Positions 13,596-28,875 of a stretch of DNA of 64,000 nt are shown one piece after another. The notes under the pieces are model-generated. The model searched no databases and was not told where the DNA came from. It saw only the letters and a list, made by a program, of their open reading frames with translations. Each line of letters begins with the position of its first letter. The first letter of the stretch is position 1. Origin of the DNA: Gnetum montanum (taxonomy: Eukaryota; Plantae; Gnetophyta); NCBI GenBank assembly GCA_015680685.1, contig MNCI01002152.1, positions 125,344 to 189,343 on the forward strand, given 5' to 3'. The position numbers were made by a program, and so were the translations under genes.

Positions 13596-16500
13596 AAGAT
13601 TTTTATTGATCCTAGAAATCCCACTTAAGCCTTGATAAATATTAGCTACCACATTTTCTGCATCCTTTTTATCAATCATTGTGATGCTAAATTCTTGCAA
13701 GATAATGAGCCATCTAATCATCCTAAGACTAACTGTTGGTTTATTCATAAGAAATCAAATGGCACTATGACTAGTATGAGCATACATTTGACACCAAAGC
13801 ACATAATGTCTAAACTTCTTAAGCACATACTCAATGACTATTAGCTCCTTTTCTATTATGATGTACTTTAGTTATGCCCCAACGATGCTTCTATTGGCAC
13901 AATCTATATAGTATGGTCACTTTTGATCATCTAACTATGTTAGTATTGCACCAAGTGTATAGTTGAAAGCATTTTTCATGATGTGAAAAGGCCTAGACCA
14001 ATCTAGAGCTTGAAATATTTGTGTCTTAATTAGTTTTCACGTTAGAGTTTCAAATGCCTTTTTGCATGACTCTATCCATTCAAAGGATGCATTATTCTTA
14101 GTGAGTTTCACTGGTGGTTTTGCTATCTTTGAAAAAAAATTTATAAATATTTCATAATATTATATATGGTTAAAATTGATCTAATATCTTTTTCTATTTG
14201 TGGAATTTGAGTGATGTTTTGTATGACTTGAATCTTTTTAGGATCTACCTTAATATCTTTTTGAGAGATTTTGTATCCCAACACTATGCCATCTTGGACC
14301 ATAAGATGACTTTTCTACCAATCGATCTTGAGATTTTTTTCCACACATCTTTTTAATACCTACTCTAATCAGTCTAGTTCTTACTTGAAATCTAGCCCAT
14401 ATGTTAAAAAATCATGCATGGATATCTCAATGTCATTTCCAATCTATTTTTGGAAGATGCTAAGTACTAGTCTCTGGAAGATGGTGAGCACATTGCAAAG
14501 ACCAAATGAAATATTTTTGTAAAGAAATGTTTCCCATGGATTGGTGAACATTATTTTCTCTTAGTCCTTAGGGGAAATGCAGATCTAATTGTATCCACTA
14601 TATCTATCAATAAAACTATAGTAATTATGCCCTATGATGGTATCCAAGACCTAGTCAACAAACAATAGAGGAAAGTTATCCTTGAATGTAGTAGTGTTCA
14701 ACAATTAGAAATCAATGCATACTCACCACTTGCCCCCTTTCTTTGGAACAATTACTAAAGAATTAATCCTTTCACTATCCACAATGGAATAGATGAATCC
14801 TACCTTTAATAATTTCTCCAACTCTTTCTTGACTACTTCTTTAAGTTTAGGATTAAGCCTTCTTTGGGGTTGGCATTGTGGTTTGACTATGAGATTAATA
14901 TATATCTAATGTTGACAAATTCTCATATCAATTTCCATGATCTCATTGTAAGACCACATAAATGTTTTGGAACACTTGTTGACTACTTTCAACAACTTCT
15001 TCTTTTGTTCTTATTTTAAGTCAGCATTGATTATTATCAACTTCTTATTGCTCAAGAAGGCATACTCTAATGTTTCTAGTATGACCTTTGATTCTAATGG
15101 TTCTAGCTCCATAGTATCTATGATCTCCAATTATCCCTAGTCCATTTCTTCTTCCTAACTTATTCATGGGTAGTAGTGTCTTTTTCTCAATTTCTCTAGC
15201 TTATTAGCCTCTTCAACATAGGCACTTTCATGTATTTTTTGAATTTAGTTACTTTATTTGTGATCATCCATTAGGTGTCGTATTGTTATGTGGTTGCTAC
15301 ATAGAGACATTTTTGCACACATATTTCTTCTATACATTTATTGCATAACTTGGTGTATTTCTTTTTGATGGTCCATATCTTTTGCACAAAATTGCACCCA
15401 TTATCGCTATATGTGATACATGGAACCCTACATCTTTATATAATATAGGGCTCATCTTTCTTGAAAATCTCCAAGGACAAGTAGTGAATTCCAAGCTTAG
15501 CATAGATAATGCTAATAAAAGCTCTTCCCATGATGATTGAAAATTCTTCCTTATTTTTACCAATATGAATTACCAAAAAATATACTGGGTAAGACTAGCC
15601 ACTAATAGTTATGATTACACTATCCTCTGGTTCTAGTAAAATTGTGATTGACTTATTTGCAAGCTCTAAGCCAATGTTGCTCTTCTTTAATGATAGTAGA
15701 TTCCAAGCCTAATGCATGTATTGTAAGATCATGTTCACTCCTAACCTAAAATCAAGTAGATCCTTGCATGATCTCTATTTTTCTACTTGGAGGTAAACTA
15801 AGGCACATCTTAAATCTATTCACTTTTGTGGAGGTTCTCCTACCTTGATTCAATAAGTATTTATTTGGGTAAGCATGATAGTAGTTACATTAGTACTTGA
15901 TTATGTGGAAAGCTTATTTTTCATTGGAGAATTGGATGTAGATGGGGTATAAGTGGATGTAATCTTCATCCTTCAAACCTTTTCAAGACTCGTTTGGAAG
16001 AACAATCATTTCCTGGATTGTGGTTCACTTGTGATCACTTCCACTTGCATGTTAACTATCCTTGTTGCACTTGTCTGTTGTGGTTGGGATGGTATCTCCC
16101 CTTACATTATAGGAGGTGGCACTAGTGACAAATGGTTTAGATGTTCATTTGAAGAACCAGCTATTGATGGATTCACATACAAGTTTGAATTTTCCCTTGA
16201 CAGTCTTGGTTTCTAGTACTTAGCTAAATAGTCTTATGAAGTTTGAACAACAGCATTACCAAGAGATATTGGATCTTGTACATAGTATACATATGGATTT
16301 GGCTATTGATATGGATATTGTTAGCATGTTGGTGCCATGGCCCATGATTGGGATTGTTGCCACTATTGATAGTACTACTCTTCTGGTTGTGGGTAAGCTT
16401 CACTAGGATAGTACATGGGTTGGAATTTTTTCCAGTAGTTATCTTGAGGGTAAGATAACCTATTGGGCATCTATTGCTTGATAAATTTGGGGTTAAGAGC

Positions 16501-19424
16501 ATATGTCCCTATTTCTTATAAGTGTGCTATTACTAAACAACATCCTTTAGGATGTTCGTATTGGCATACGACACATCCTTCCTCATCTTCAGTGCTTGTG
16601 TCTAAACACTTAGCCATAGAAGATACTTTGCCCTTTTTTCCATATTCTCTCTAATTTTTTTCCTTTGCCTTTACTAAAGGCCTACTCTTTTTTCTCCTCC
16701 ATAACCTTGAATCTATTGTGAGTTTCTCATCAACTGAGTCCCACATCTTCTCTACCTTTACTACTGTATTGGTGATAGATTTTTGGATAGGTAGAGTTTT
16801 CTTCTAAATTACCTATTCCAAGGTCTCTTCTTCTTGTGTTTCACAAACTCTTGCATCCCTTTTTCTGACAAATGAATCTATGTTATATTCTTTGATTGAT
16901 TCTCTTTTTCTTAACTCTCCTTCCTCATTTGCTACTTTGTCAGTCAATCTCTATATCTAATGAGTAGACATTTCAAACAACTAGCCTTGGGCATAAACCC
17001 CAAGGGTTTATTTGTTCATATTCTAAAGTCCATAAACAATGTGCCTTAGTTGTTTTCACTAGGAAAATCCATGGCCTAGGTAGCTATGCAATAGTGAATA
17101 ATACCTATTCATTGTTCCATCAAGGGATTCATGAGTTTCTTGCTTCTGTCATTATATCTATTTCTATAAATTGGAAACTCCAAAATAACTTTGATATTTT
17201 TCATTGAAGAGCTCTAGCATGGTACTCTATCTTCTAATTGATTATGGCTCAAGTGCTTTGTACTAGCTCTTAGCTTCTTTCACAAGTGTTTGTGGAAAAA
17301 ACATTAGTTTTTGCCAATCACTTTCAATATTTTATAGGGCACAGGCATCGTGGAATGCTTGAAGGTAATGTTGAGGATTAACATTATAACCACCCTCTAA
17401 TCTGGGCATATTATTCATGTCAAGACATTTGATACAACTATCCCTGATATGCCTAGTTGGGATATAAATAGCTTCCTTAATGTTAATCATACTTCTAGTA
17501 GCCAATAGGGGTTCATCATTGTGATTGGGTTTCTAAGCTCTATTGTAGTGGTACCTCCTCCAATGCTCATGTCTTTCTCTATCTTCTCTTCTATCCCTAC
17601 ATCTTCTTTGTTCATTGTCTTCATCCTCTTCATCAGAGTGCCTAGGGTGATAGTCATGGTGATCATGAGTCCTTTTATCCTCCTTTTCATGCTCTCAATA
17701 TCTCTATCTCCTCCTATGAGAGTCCACTGACAATTGTAAAGATGAAGATAAGGCATTGGGATAAAGGTGTTGGTTTGTCCTCCTTCCATGACTCTCATAT
17801 GCTTCTTTGTGGGATCAAGTAGAAACTCTTGGCCTTGAGTCCTACTTATGCTTTGAGTTTATTTCCTTCCTTCTGGGTGTCTCTGCTAAGGCTAAATGAA
17901 ATTACACTTTGACAAGTTCCTCTACTTGGATGATAGATGTTTGCAAATGAACTTCATCATTCTAGTGAAGTTGTTTAGTGATGAATGTATCACCATCAAG
18001 ATCTTCTAAGAAAACTAGAGAGTTGATTTTCTTTCCCTTACTATGAACATGTTTAATCTCCATGGTAGCATCTCTTTTCACTTGCTCTTGAGTTGGTTGA
18101 TAGGGCCTTGTCATGTGTTTGGTCACATGATATCCATCAAGTGCATTACTTAGACTCATGCCCCCTTAGATTTGTTTGAAGCATGATGGATTCTTAGCAC
18201 TCTAGAGGTAGAACAATATTACCATAATTCTCCATCTTGCTAAAAGATGAAAGTGATATTGAAATAGTAAGGATCATGATGAGCATATGAAATGCTTTCT
18301 TGCATTAGCATACTCCATTCTTCTTCGTCATTGATTTTGTCATTGCCTCTATTTGATTCTTTGATAAGTGGTAATTTATCATTGATTGAAGTCATGTTAT
18401 CATTTTTAGATGTTTGGTTAAGTGTGCTTAATTGTTTAGAATTATTAAGAGATTATGAATTTTAACTTTGGATTCTTGATACAATGAACTTTATAAAATC
18501 AATTACTCAACATACATTAACACATCCCCAGCAACGGTGCCAATGATGAGCAGTGGAGCAATCTGATATCCAACCATACAAGTTACCAGTATTCACATGT
18601 AAGTCGATCATAATACATAGATAAACAATGTTGGTATGCTAGTAATTGAGTTAAGTTCATGATTGTTGTCTTCCAACTTCAAGATAGTAAGGTCTAATTG
18701 TATGATTTAGCTTGTACTAAGGCATATGATGATTGTTGTTATCTAGTATGAATTACTCCTAGGTCTAGCCATAATGGAGATAAAAGTAACTTCTAGGTCT
18801 AAGTGATAAGAATTAAACAAATCTATTCTAGCCTAATGCGATGAGTATCCATTCTTGATTTTCCATATACACCTTAGAATTTATGTAACCATTACTGGGC
18901 TACCAAGTGCTATGCTACTAGGAATACCAGGCAATAACACTATTGGGCTTACCAAATGATTACACTTAAGTGCTCTAAATCAGTTGTACTTATTCCACTT
19001 ACTATTAAAAGTGAAAGTAAAACACTAGGAAAAGTAAAATATTAAAGTAGAAAAATAGTAAACATTATGCTAAGTAAACAAAAAGTAAGCTATGGGAATG
19101 CTACAATGATGTGAAGCAATCATGGTCTTTATTTCCATCACAAATTGTGTCCAAGTACAATATGTTTGAACAATGACTTTGTTCAATCACCACGCATCAA
19201 ACTATGAGCATTCACTTCTATTGCTAACACTATGGAATAAAACACTAAGATCTTTGGTAAGGTATGAAATGGAAAGTTATCTGGATTGTACGTCCAAGTG
19301 TTATATTTATAAGGTTGTGCACATCTCAAGATATCATATCAACAATGATGTAGCATGTGCTATGATATTATATCCATGATATCATTATTGCAATATCGTT
19401 ACTCACCAAGAATTGACTTCATCA
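13596..19424 (-). mobile_element. Athila-like element with 5' LTR, gag, protease, RT and part of RNase H (degenerate), cut by the assembly gap
   Basis: 5' LTR at 18544-19424. PBS at 18525-18543 (rc TTGGCACCGTTGCTGGGGA). gag ~16200-17500, protease ~15480-15780. RT region includes GHNYYSFIDRYSGYN*I at ~14580-14630. Confidence 0.85.
18544..19424 (-). repeat. 5' LTR (881 bp) of the Athila-like element
   Basis: Runs tgatgagc...cttcatca, with the PBS adjacent and a minus-strand TATA-like site at ~19305. Confidence 0.8.
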
Positions 19425-21399
19425 ATAATTGTACAGAATCTTTATTCAAGTGAATTGTTTCTAGACACAATTCATGAATAGCAATAAAGATCAAGATTGT
19501 TCTTCATCATTGTATCATATCACATAGAAGATATTTAGTTTTTCATGTTGTTTATTTTTACCAAGTCATTTACATTTTCTATGTTATTTAACATTCTAAT
19601 ATATATTAGTAAGGTGAAATGAATGTGACTAGTTTTAAGCATAAAGTATAATTATTTAGTAACAAAGTAGTAACTTTTCTTAATTCACTTAATAGGGAAG
19701 TTACTTAGTAATTCCATTAATAGTTACATTAGCCCAAAATATATACGGAAAACCAAGAATGAATACTTATTGTCATAGGAGAGAATAGTTTAAGATTTTT
19801 ATTATACTTAGAAATAAAATTTACATTCATCTTTACCATGTTTACACTTAAAACTTTTAAGGGACAAAAACATTAGTTTATCATATATATTACTAAGAGG
19901 TAAATTATACTTTTTGTACCTTGCTAACTTTAAGTAGAAAAATAATGATCACAAACTTACTATTAACTCACTAGTATACCTACATTGTCCTTCCACTAAT
20001 TATAATTTGATTGCTAATGAATAATTATGACTTGTATGGTTGAGTTTTGGAATTGTCTAACTACTCATCGAGTATCTTTCTTAAGCATCTCATTTAATGG
20101 GTTAACTAATTTAGCATACATAGGTATAAATCATCTAACAAAACTATTTTTTCCAAAGAAAGTTCTTAAATTGGTTTTAGATAAGGGATGAAATACCTCC
20201 AAAATAACATTTACTCTCTTAAAATTAATCATAATTCCTTCTTTAGTCACTATATGATCAAGAAATTTACGACTTTGAACATCAAAAACCAACTTCTTAG
20301 CATTTAAAGTGATACTGAATTATTTACATCTTATGAAAACATTTCTAAGGTTTTTAAGATGAGTGTCTTGATCTTTTAAAAAATAGCTATTCAATCTAGA
20401 TAAATAATAATATATTTCTTTATCAACCCTTTAAAGGTTCTATCCATAGATCTTTAAAAGGTAGTACCAACATCTACAAGGCCAAAGAGCATCTTTGGGA
20501 ATTAAAAGCTTCCCCATTTTGTTATAAAGGGAGTTTTATATTCATCCTTTTTAATTACTAAAATTTAATTTTAGCATGAATATCCATCTAAAAATGAGTA
20601 CATTTGTGCATAATTCATGATTTGAAAAGTTCCTCCATAAGAGAAAGTGGATAATTATCCTTAATACAATAGGTATTGAGGTTATAAAAACCAATACATA
20701 ATGTTGATTCACCTATTCATTTTCTAACTAGCACTAGGTTTGATATCCAACTTGATTGTCTCATAGGATAAATAATTTTAGATTCTAAAAGTTTATCAAT
20801 TTCTACGTTTATTGAAGTATCTATCTTAGGGTTAACAGGTCTAAGCTCTTCTCTAAATGGTTTTGCTTTAAGTTTAACAGGTATAGTATGCATCATCATA
20901 AGAGGATTAAAATTTTTAAGATCCTCATAAATCCAAGCTAATATGTCATTAAACTTCTCTAACAAATCAATCAAATTGTTCTTTCCATCTACATGTAAGT
21001 GAGCTCCTACCTTAATAGAATATTATTGTCCTTTTTCTAAATTTGAATTATTTCTATTTTAGGTGGTATTTTCCAATTAGCATTGTGATATTTTTTTTTT
21101 TTTTTGATATGTAAGTCATCAAACAAAGCCTCTCTAGTTTCTATTTCAGGAGAGATTTCATTTTAATATGTGCTATCTTTTGATACATCTACTTCATTAA
21201 TTTGAGATACTTTAAGACACTGCTTACTAAATTCACCCTTAGAAAATAAAAATCAATAAATATGATGATCATCATCAAAAACTAACAAAGAAATAATATT
21301 ATCTTAAATAGAATAAGACTTGACATTTTTAATAATAATTCCAATGTCCCATGGATTGTATCAAAAAGGAGATATTTAAAGGAGTTTTCATTTAAGCTA

Positions 21400-21811
21400 A
21401 TGCATTAGGAAAATAATTTTCTTTTCTAGAAACATGTTCAATGGATATTTGTTCAAATTCATTGAAAAGTTCAAATATGTATGCTTTGTACTCTTTTATA
21501 GTCGAATCTTTATCTTCAAAAATTTCATTGATTTGATTTACTATAAGCTAAAAATCACTATAAATTTTGAGTTTAGATATGTCATAATGTTGAGCTAGTT
21601 TGATCCCATGTATAAGCACTTCATACTTAACCATATTATTTTTCATAGGTTTAGTAAAATTAATGGCTTTAAGAATAGGAGCTTCATGAGGGGGTATAAG
21701 CATTATTTTAGCTCCACATCCTTTCTTTAAAGACATACCATCCACTCTTAATATCAAAGTGTTTAGGCTAGTAGAATCCAAAAAAAATTGTTCCTTTGAT
21801 TTATATAACAA
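21400..21811 (-). pseudogene. Additional (archaeal-type) RNase H domain of the Tat-like element
   Basis: LRVDGMSLKKGCGAKIMLIPP...KNNMVKYEVLIHGIKLA...LKIYSDF fits the (F)DG...GAG..L..P...TNN.AEYEAL..GL..A...GDS pattern. Confidence 0.8.
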
Positions 21812-22687
21812 TCACCATCATCAAATTTTAGCTCATCTTCTAATGTTTTAATGGTTAGAATTTGATTTCTATCTTTGTATTTTCCTAATCGTGGTGGGTT
21901 GCCAAAAGGAAAAGTTTTTCCATCATGTTGATGATAAGGTAATGAATCCTTGTAACTTTCCTCAAATTTTCTAAAATTTAGATACTATTATGTAAAATAT
22001 GTATGAGTAAAAGAATTTATCTTTGAAATTTTACTCATGCTTTCATTCATAACATATTTAGACTAATTTGGATAACTCTAATGAAAAGATTAGTGCTTTG
22101 ATTTTTAGGTGGTTTATTTTGTCGATTGAAGTTAGTAACCACATGTTTATAGAAAGGTTCTCTAGGTATCATAGCATATTCATATTTTTCTTTGATAGGA
22201 ATTAATAATCTTGAAAAATATAACCTAAAAAATCCACCAAAATTTGGCTTTGAAAGTTTACAATAACAGAACACCATAAGTGGGTGACATATCAGCTATT
22301 GAAATATTTATTTAACATGTGAAAATAGAGTATTGTTTTAGTTGTAGTATCACTTCTATTAATGACCCCACCATAGGTACATTGGATTTATGAAGTTTTA
22401 TAACACTTCTTTCTTGTGGTAGCATATATTTTTCTAACATTTTACACGCTTCCAATGACATAACACTAATGGTTACATAAAAATCGATTAGGCAATTATA
22501 ACCATTTTTATTGAGAATGATCAATGTTACTAAAAAAGCAATTGATCTTTTCTAGCTAAGGTATAGTTGTTCATATTTTGTATGGATAAGGCATTAGAAA
22601 TTTTAATGAAATGAACTTATCTTTCCGATTGAAAAATTTTTTCTTTACTAGTTCCATGTGTGATAATCGTTTTTTTAACTACATCCT

Positions 22688-23504
22688 TGATGAGTGGCGA
22701 GGTACCCCTACACTTAACTATACGAATATGAGTGTTACACGTGCGATCCAGTCAAACTCCGCAGACTAAGTGCTTACATGCCTCATAGAACACTTAAGGT
22801 TAATCATTCGTTGTCTTCCTAGACTTACTTATATTTGTCATGGTTGTATGGTTAAGTAAGTCTGAGGTATATGATTTTTATATCTTTTCAGTTTTATCTC
22901 CTATGCTAATGAGGTGAATGGTGAAGAGGCTAATTAACTAAATTTAACTAACTAACTAAGCCTTAATTAACCTAGCATCAGTATCTATTCCCACTTACTG
23001 TTCACACTCTGAACCAATGCAACCTTGGTTACCAAATGCTAGTCGTTGCTAGGATCACCAAGCATAATGCATGTGCTCGAAGCGTTCGTACTGAATGCAC
23101 TTAACTACGAGAGAAGGGTTGAGAAATATTTAATCAACTAATAAAGCATTAAACAATAAATAATAAATAAAATCATATTTATCCTATTCCATGCATTGCA
23201 AGGTTTATCCAAGAAGTTCGTCTTTATTTCCATACACAAACTTGTGTTCAAGTACAATATTTTCATGAATAAAGATCCGTTCACTTTGGAGCTCCTACTG
23301 CGGGCACATGGAAATTATTCTATCTCTGAAGAGGTAAAACTACTAGAATTTCGCTACGGTCTAGGCCTAGAATTAAAACAAGGGAGAGCGACCTCTTATT
23401 TATAGATTTGGCGGCGGACCACGATATCGCGTACGTGATATCACAGGGGATGCAATATCGTGGCGGACGCGATATCACGGCCCATGCGATATTGCATCCC
23501 ATCA
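22688..23504 (-). repeat. 3' LTR (817 bp)
   Basis: Highly similar to 28876-29685, with TGA...TCA ends and minus-strand TATAAATA at ~23396-23403. Confidence 0.92.
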
Positions 23505-26500
23505 TACCCCCATGACTAAATAAAAACTCATCCTCAAGTTCCTTACAAAATATTGGGATGGTATGGGATTATTGACTCAAAATGGAACTAATGGGATGAC
23601 ATGTGAACGGATCAACATTACAAGACAAGACAAAACTGGTGTTCACGACAACAAGAGTGAACACTTTATACATTTGACATCAGGCCTTATTTGGTAGCTG
23701 AGAAAGAGAGAGAGAGAAAAAAGTTTTGCTGCTTCCAATGCCAAGATTGCACCTTTCGTTGTCCATCCATAAGCATGCCATCCATCTCGTTCCTTGCATA
23801 GCTGCTTTAGCACCGATCCATTCCAAGTGTTCCCTCCAAATCCAATCCGTTGTTGCATGATTATCATTTGCACACACAACATAGTATTTATATTAGCAAG
23901 GGTAAATAAATCATAATGCAATTGATACCTTGCTTCGATGAAAGGTCCATTGGCTAAGTTTTGGTATGGCTGATACAGATTTGGAGATATCATAGTGGTG
24001 ACTACTAAAGGTGTAGGGGTTAGGAGAAAACTGAAAAAATTGGACCAGGACCCCCATGACTAAGAGCGAACCTTCAGTAGCGATAGAATGAAGAAAGAAA
24101 AGGAATAAGAAAGATACCTAGAAAGAGACAACTATAACGTCGATGAAATGGATGTCAAGATGGAAATGAACAAAATAATATAGATTGCAAAAATGTTAGG
24201 GGAAAGAATTTAACTGATGCACAAAATAGGAATGTCAGTGGGTCCTCCCCAAAGCAACTCTAGGAATGTCATTTGAAGCAAGAGTTAAAGTATTAACCAC
24301 AAGAATTTACCAAAAATAAAATAATGCATCAACAAAAATATATACTAATGATACAACTGGCAATGAGGTGAACAATGGAGAGAAGAATGGAGAAAAGAGA
24401 ATGGAATGGAATCCCAAGAACAAGGTGGTGTACAGCCCCTTATGAACTTCATGATTAATGTGACTTAGTAGATCCCATTCCAAGTCTGGCCTCAAACAAA
24501 CCACATCTAGTGAATTCACATTAATACATTCAACCAATCCATCCTCCTGAAGTAACAAGAATTCCTTCATCCAAAAGCCACCACCATTCCGATGAAACGA
24601 AGGAGGAGAGAATGGGAAGCGAGAAGGGCCTTAGTTAGAGGGAACATTTTTATTTTCAGTTCCATAACCAGTGCTTGTAGCCCAAATGATTATTTCATCT
24701 AAGGGGTGTGCTTTGAATTCTCACTTTTTCTCTTTCTTTTTTTTTATTGTTTTATATGTTTATGCGTGAGAACCACACCATGCAAAGACTTTGTTATTTT
24801 TATCAACTCAGCTTTCCGATAATTGGGTAACGTCGAAATGGTAAGAAAAATCAAGAAGAACACATCCAAGCCCCCAAGAGAATGGCCAACACAAATGCAT
24901 CAAGTTCCCTTGAAGTCACACCGTTTTCAATCCTTGAGTCCTTCTTTAGTTTGAGAAATGCCCAATCACCGATTCGTTATAGTTCTTATTTAGAAAGGAA
25001 CTGTACATTTCCAAGCCAAGAGAGACCATAGAAATTTGTGAATGTATGGATGAAGTGGACTCATTGCCTGCCATATCAAAAGAACCATACCTTAGTATCA
25101 ACATCATAACTTAAAGGTAAAAACCAAACATTATCAATCAATAAGAAAACAGTTCATACCATCATGAAGAACACTTATTGAATGACAAACTTGACAAGAT
25201 GGATAACACACACACACACACAATGAAAAAGTATAACGATGTTGTAAAAAAAATAAGAAAAGTTAAAGAAATTTGTAAAACAAAAAATGTGTCAAACAAA
25301 AACATGTAAAACAAAAACGTGTATAATAAAAACTTGTAAAACAAAAACTTAAAAGAGCTGAGGGCTCCGAATGATCAACATAGGTGGCCATCTCCCCCAT
25401 GACTGAATGGAAAGGGAGAGATCCAAAATAATGAACGCCTATTTGAATTTCTTAGAAGTGTCCAACTTCTCCCAATTCATGTTCTTAGATTAAGCGGTGG
25501 AAGTTAGCGATGCTCATATTCCAATGTATCTATGCTTTTGTTATGGGCATGAGTTGTTCCCCCAGTTCATTTCATGCATGTTGATCAGTTGCTCTTTCGA
25601 TTAGCTCTCAACCACGAGGTGTCTACTTGTTGTGTGGTTGCTACATATAGGCATCTTTGTATCAGAGTTTCTAAGGCACACCGGTTGCATGTAGAATATG
25701 CTGAGCATTCCTCCATGTCATCACCCGATGAGTCACTGTATGTGATGCATGAAACTTTCTTCTTCTCGATATTTCCATAAATGTTTACCTTAGATATTTC
25801 CAAGAAAAGATTGCAAATTCCTAGGCATGTGTCTATTGTACTTAGCCATGCCCTTCCCATTATAATTGGGAAGTCCCCTTTGTTGCTGTTGAATTCTATC
25901 ACCAGGAAATTGGCTAGGTATGACCAACCACACATAGTGGTAACAATGTCCTCCACCAATCCCAAGGGAATGGTGATGGACTGGTTAGCTAGCTCTAGTT
26001 GAATATTGCTCTTCTTAAGTGGAGGCAGGTTTTAGGCTTTATACATTTCTCGTGAGATTAAGTTGACTCCAGAACCTGAGTCAAGAAGAGCCTTATGAGG
26101 TTCGTTCCCAGTGACTTGGAGGTAGATTAAGGGACTTCTAGGGTCAGAGAGTTTCCTGGGAAGGTGGCCCACCTTGATCCAGTCAGTAACAGTATGTGTT
26201 AACATAACCATATACGTTAAGCTCTGTTGTTGGTTTGAAGGGACCTCTGAAGCCTTCATTGTTGGAGGAGCGTACACAAACTCAACCACTTGTGGTTATG
26301 AGAGCTTGTTTGGGTGTTTGGTTCTAAAGAAAGGTATTCTCTTCTTGCGGTTGTCAAAACCAACAGTGGGTTGAAGGTTTACAGCTCTCATAGCATTATG
26401 TTGCTACAGTTGAGTGGGGAGTTCCCCTTGCATTGTTGGAGCAGTAGGTAGTGGAACTACCGGTGTAAGAGAGGCAGATGGATTTGAAGGATGGTATGCA

Positions 26501-28875
26501 TGTGGTGTGTCTCCCGGAGGAGAAGGAGTCCTTCTAAAATACTCTTGAACTTGGTCATGATGTTCTGGAGTTGTGTGACCCATGGAGTCACTTGGAGAAA
26601 CCGGCTGCTACATGTAGTAGCCATAAGGATCTGGTTTCCAGTAAGGGTATTGTTGCCTAGGCGGTGGCATCCCCCATGACTGTGGGTGTTGCCACTGCTA
26701 GTGTTGCTCGATAGGTTGTGGTGGAGTTCCACTTGGATAATACGTTAACAGTTGGTCAAACTGCCTTCGGTTACCTTGAGGATAAGGTAACCTTCGAGGT
26801 GTCTGCCATCTATTAAGTCTTGGGTTGAGTGCATACACCCCAGACTCTTGTAGATGTGAGATTATTGGGCAACATCCCTTAGGATGGTCATATTGGCAGA
26901 TCTCACATCCACAGTCATTGTCCATGTTCGAATCCACAACCTCATCGGCGATAGTTATTTTTCCCTTATCCTTGTCACATGCATGGCTTGAATCTCTCCA
27001 CTTTTTCTTATCATGGCCACTACTTCGTTCCTCCTTAAACTCCTCTATGATTTTCAGGAAAAGTTCAAGTCTACTGTCTAAGGAGTCCTGTATCTGATCT
27101 AGCTTAGCTGCCACTTCTATTGTTAACTTCTGAAGCGGCAAGGTTTCTCTATTCACCAACTCTTCAAGTGGTGACTCATCCTCTTCATCGCAGAATCACT
27201 CCCCTCTTTCAGAGGGAAGGATCATGGTTATATTCTTCCACTCTTTCTCTTTTCTGTAGCTCCCCTTCTTCTTTAGCTACTTGCTCCAACAATCAATGAA
27301 CTTCATGGGATCTAAGTTCTGATAATCTCTCTTGGGCATAAGTCCCAAGGGTTCTCCTAGTTTCGTACCTTAGCCCATCTACGAGATGGCAGAGTTGATC
27401 CCGTTGTGCGTAACCATGGCCCGGGCAACGATGTAGCAATGCATAATATCGGCCCATGGCAGCATCCAAGGGTTCGTGATTACCCTACTTCCATCCTTGG
27501 ATCTGCTTACGCAAGTTAGACACTCTGAAGTACGTTTGATATCTATCGTTGAAGAGTTCTAACATCGTACTCCACCTCCTAATGGTTTCTGGTTCTAAGG
27601 ACCGGTACCAACTCTATGCTTCCTTTATGAGTGTCCTAGGAAATAACTTTAACTTCTGCCACTCATTTTCTATGTTCTGTAATGCACAAGCATCGTGGAA
27701 TTCCTATAAATGATTTTGTAGATCAATGTTGTATCCCCCTTTGAATCGTGGGATATTATTCATATCCAATCTCTTAATCCGGCTATCTTTTTGATGCCTT
27801 GTAGGTATTCTAACTACCTCCATAATATCTAGCATACTTTGGGTGGCAAGTAGGGGTTTGTCATGATCATCTCTCTCATGACATCTATGATGCCTACGTG
27901 GTTCCCTACTTTCCCTTCTATGCCTTGACTCTCTAGAATGCCCTCGTCCTCGCTCTTAACTCTCTCGTCAAGGTCTCTCGTTTCACTTATCCTTATCCTC
28001 ACTGTTATGCTCTTTGTGACTGCATCCTAATGTGGAAGGAGAGGATGAATGATGTGATGAAGAGGAAGAAGAAGGAGAACCATCACCATGATGATGTTTC
28101 TTACCTTCTCTTCTATGGCTACGACCTCAATCATGATGACGATCTGAATGCCTGTCCTTGTCATGTGTTTTCATTCCCTCAGTGAACAGTTGACATTCAC
28201 AGGGATCAGAACCATGGTTGTGTATCGTGAAGTGTAGGTTCAGATACCCCACCTCCTCACTATTGTTTGGAGGGGGAACATCATTTGATGGAGAACCTAT
28301 TATAAGTGGTTCACCATCTCCAATTTCGCTTAGGACATGCGGGACCCCTTTGCCCTTCAACAATGTATGGTGGCTCTCTTGCCTCGAGTCCCTTAAACAT
28401 TGTGCGGCTATGGGATGGTAATCCCTTGTGTCAAAATCACCTATAACGTATTCAGCATATAGCTATGTCATGCCTATCTAGGCCTGAGCACGGAGAAGCA
28501 TGTCAAGGACTGCTCGATCCAGAGGTAACACTATGTTACCTTGCAAGTCTCTCCAACGCAATTGTTCATCCTAATGAAGGATAAAAGTAAAATTGGGTAT
28601 ACTCATCGGGATGAATATATACCACTCGATGTTGTTGAGGAACTGGTGGTTCTTGGTTATGCATGTTGGACTGCCGACTATTTCTTATATGATCCCTAGG
28701 TGGTGAAGTGCTTTTGTTCGAAGAAGACATCTTAGTTTAATTCGTTGTGCTGATTAACCATTATATAATTTTTCGTTTAATTAACCCTAATGGTTCTTTT
28801 AAGCTCCCAACGATGTGGATAATTTCCTATGTTCTACTTAGCGCACAAACACTTAGTCCCCAGCAATAGTGCCAA

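Noticed and set aside
13590-13600. Apparent fusion of a Copia LTR to Athila RNase H
   Set aside because: The junction coincides with the N at 13595, so it is an assembly gap rather than a demonstrated biological junction.
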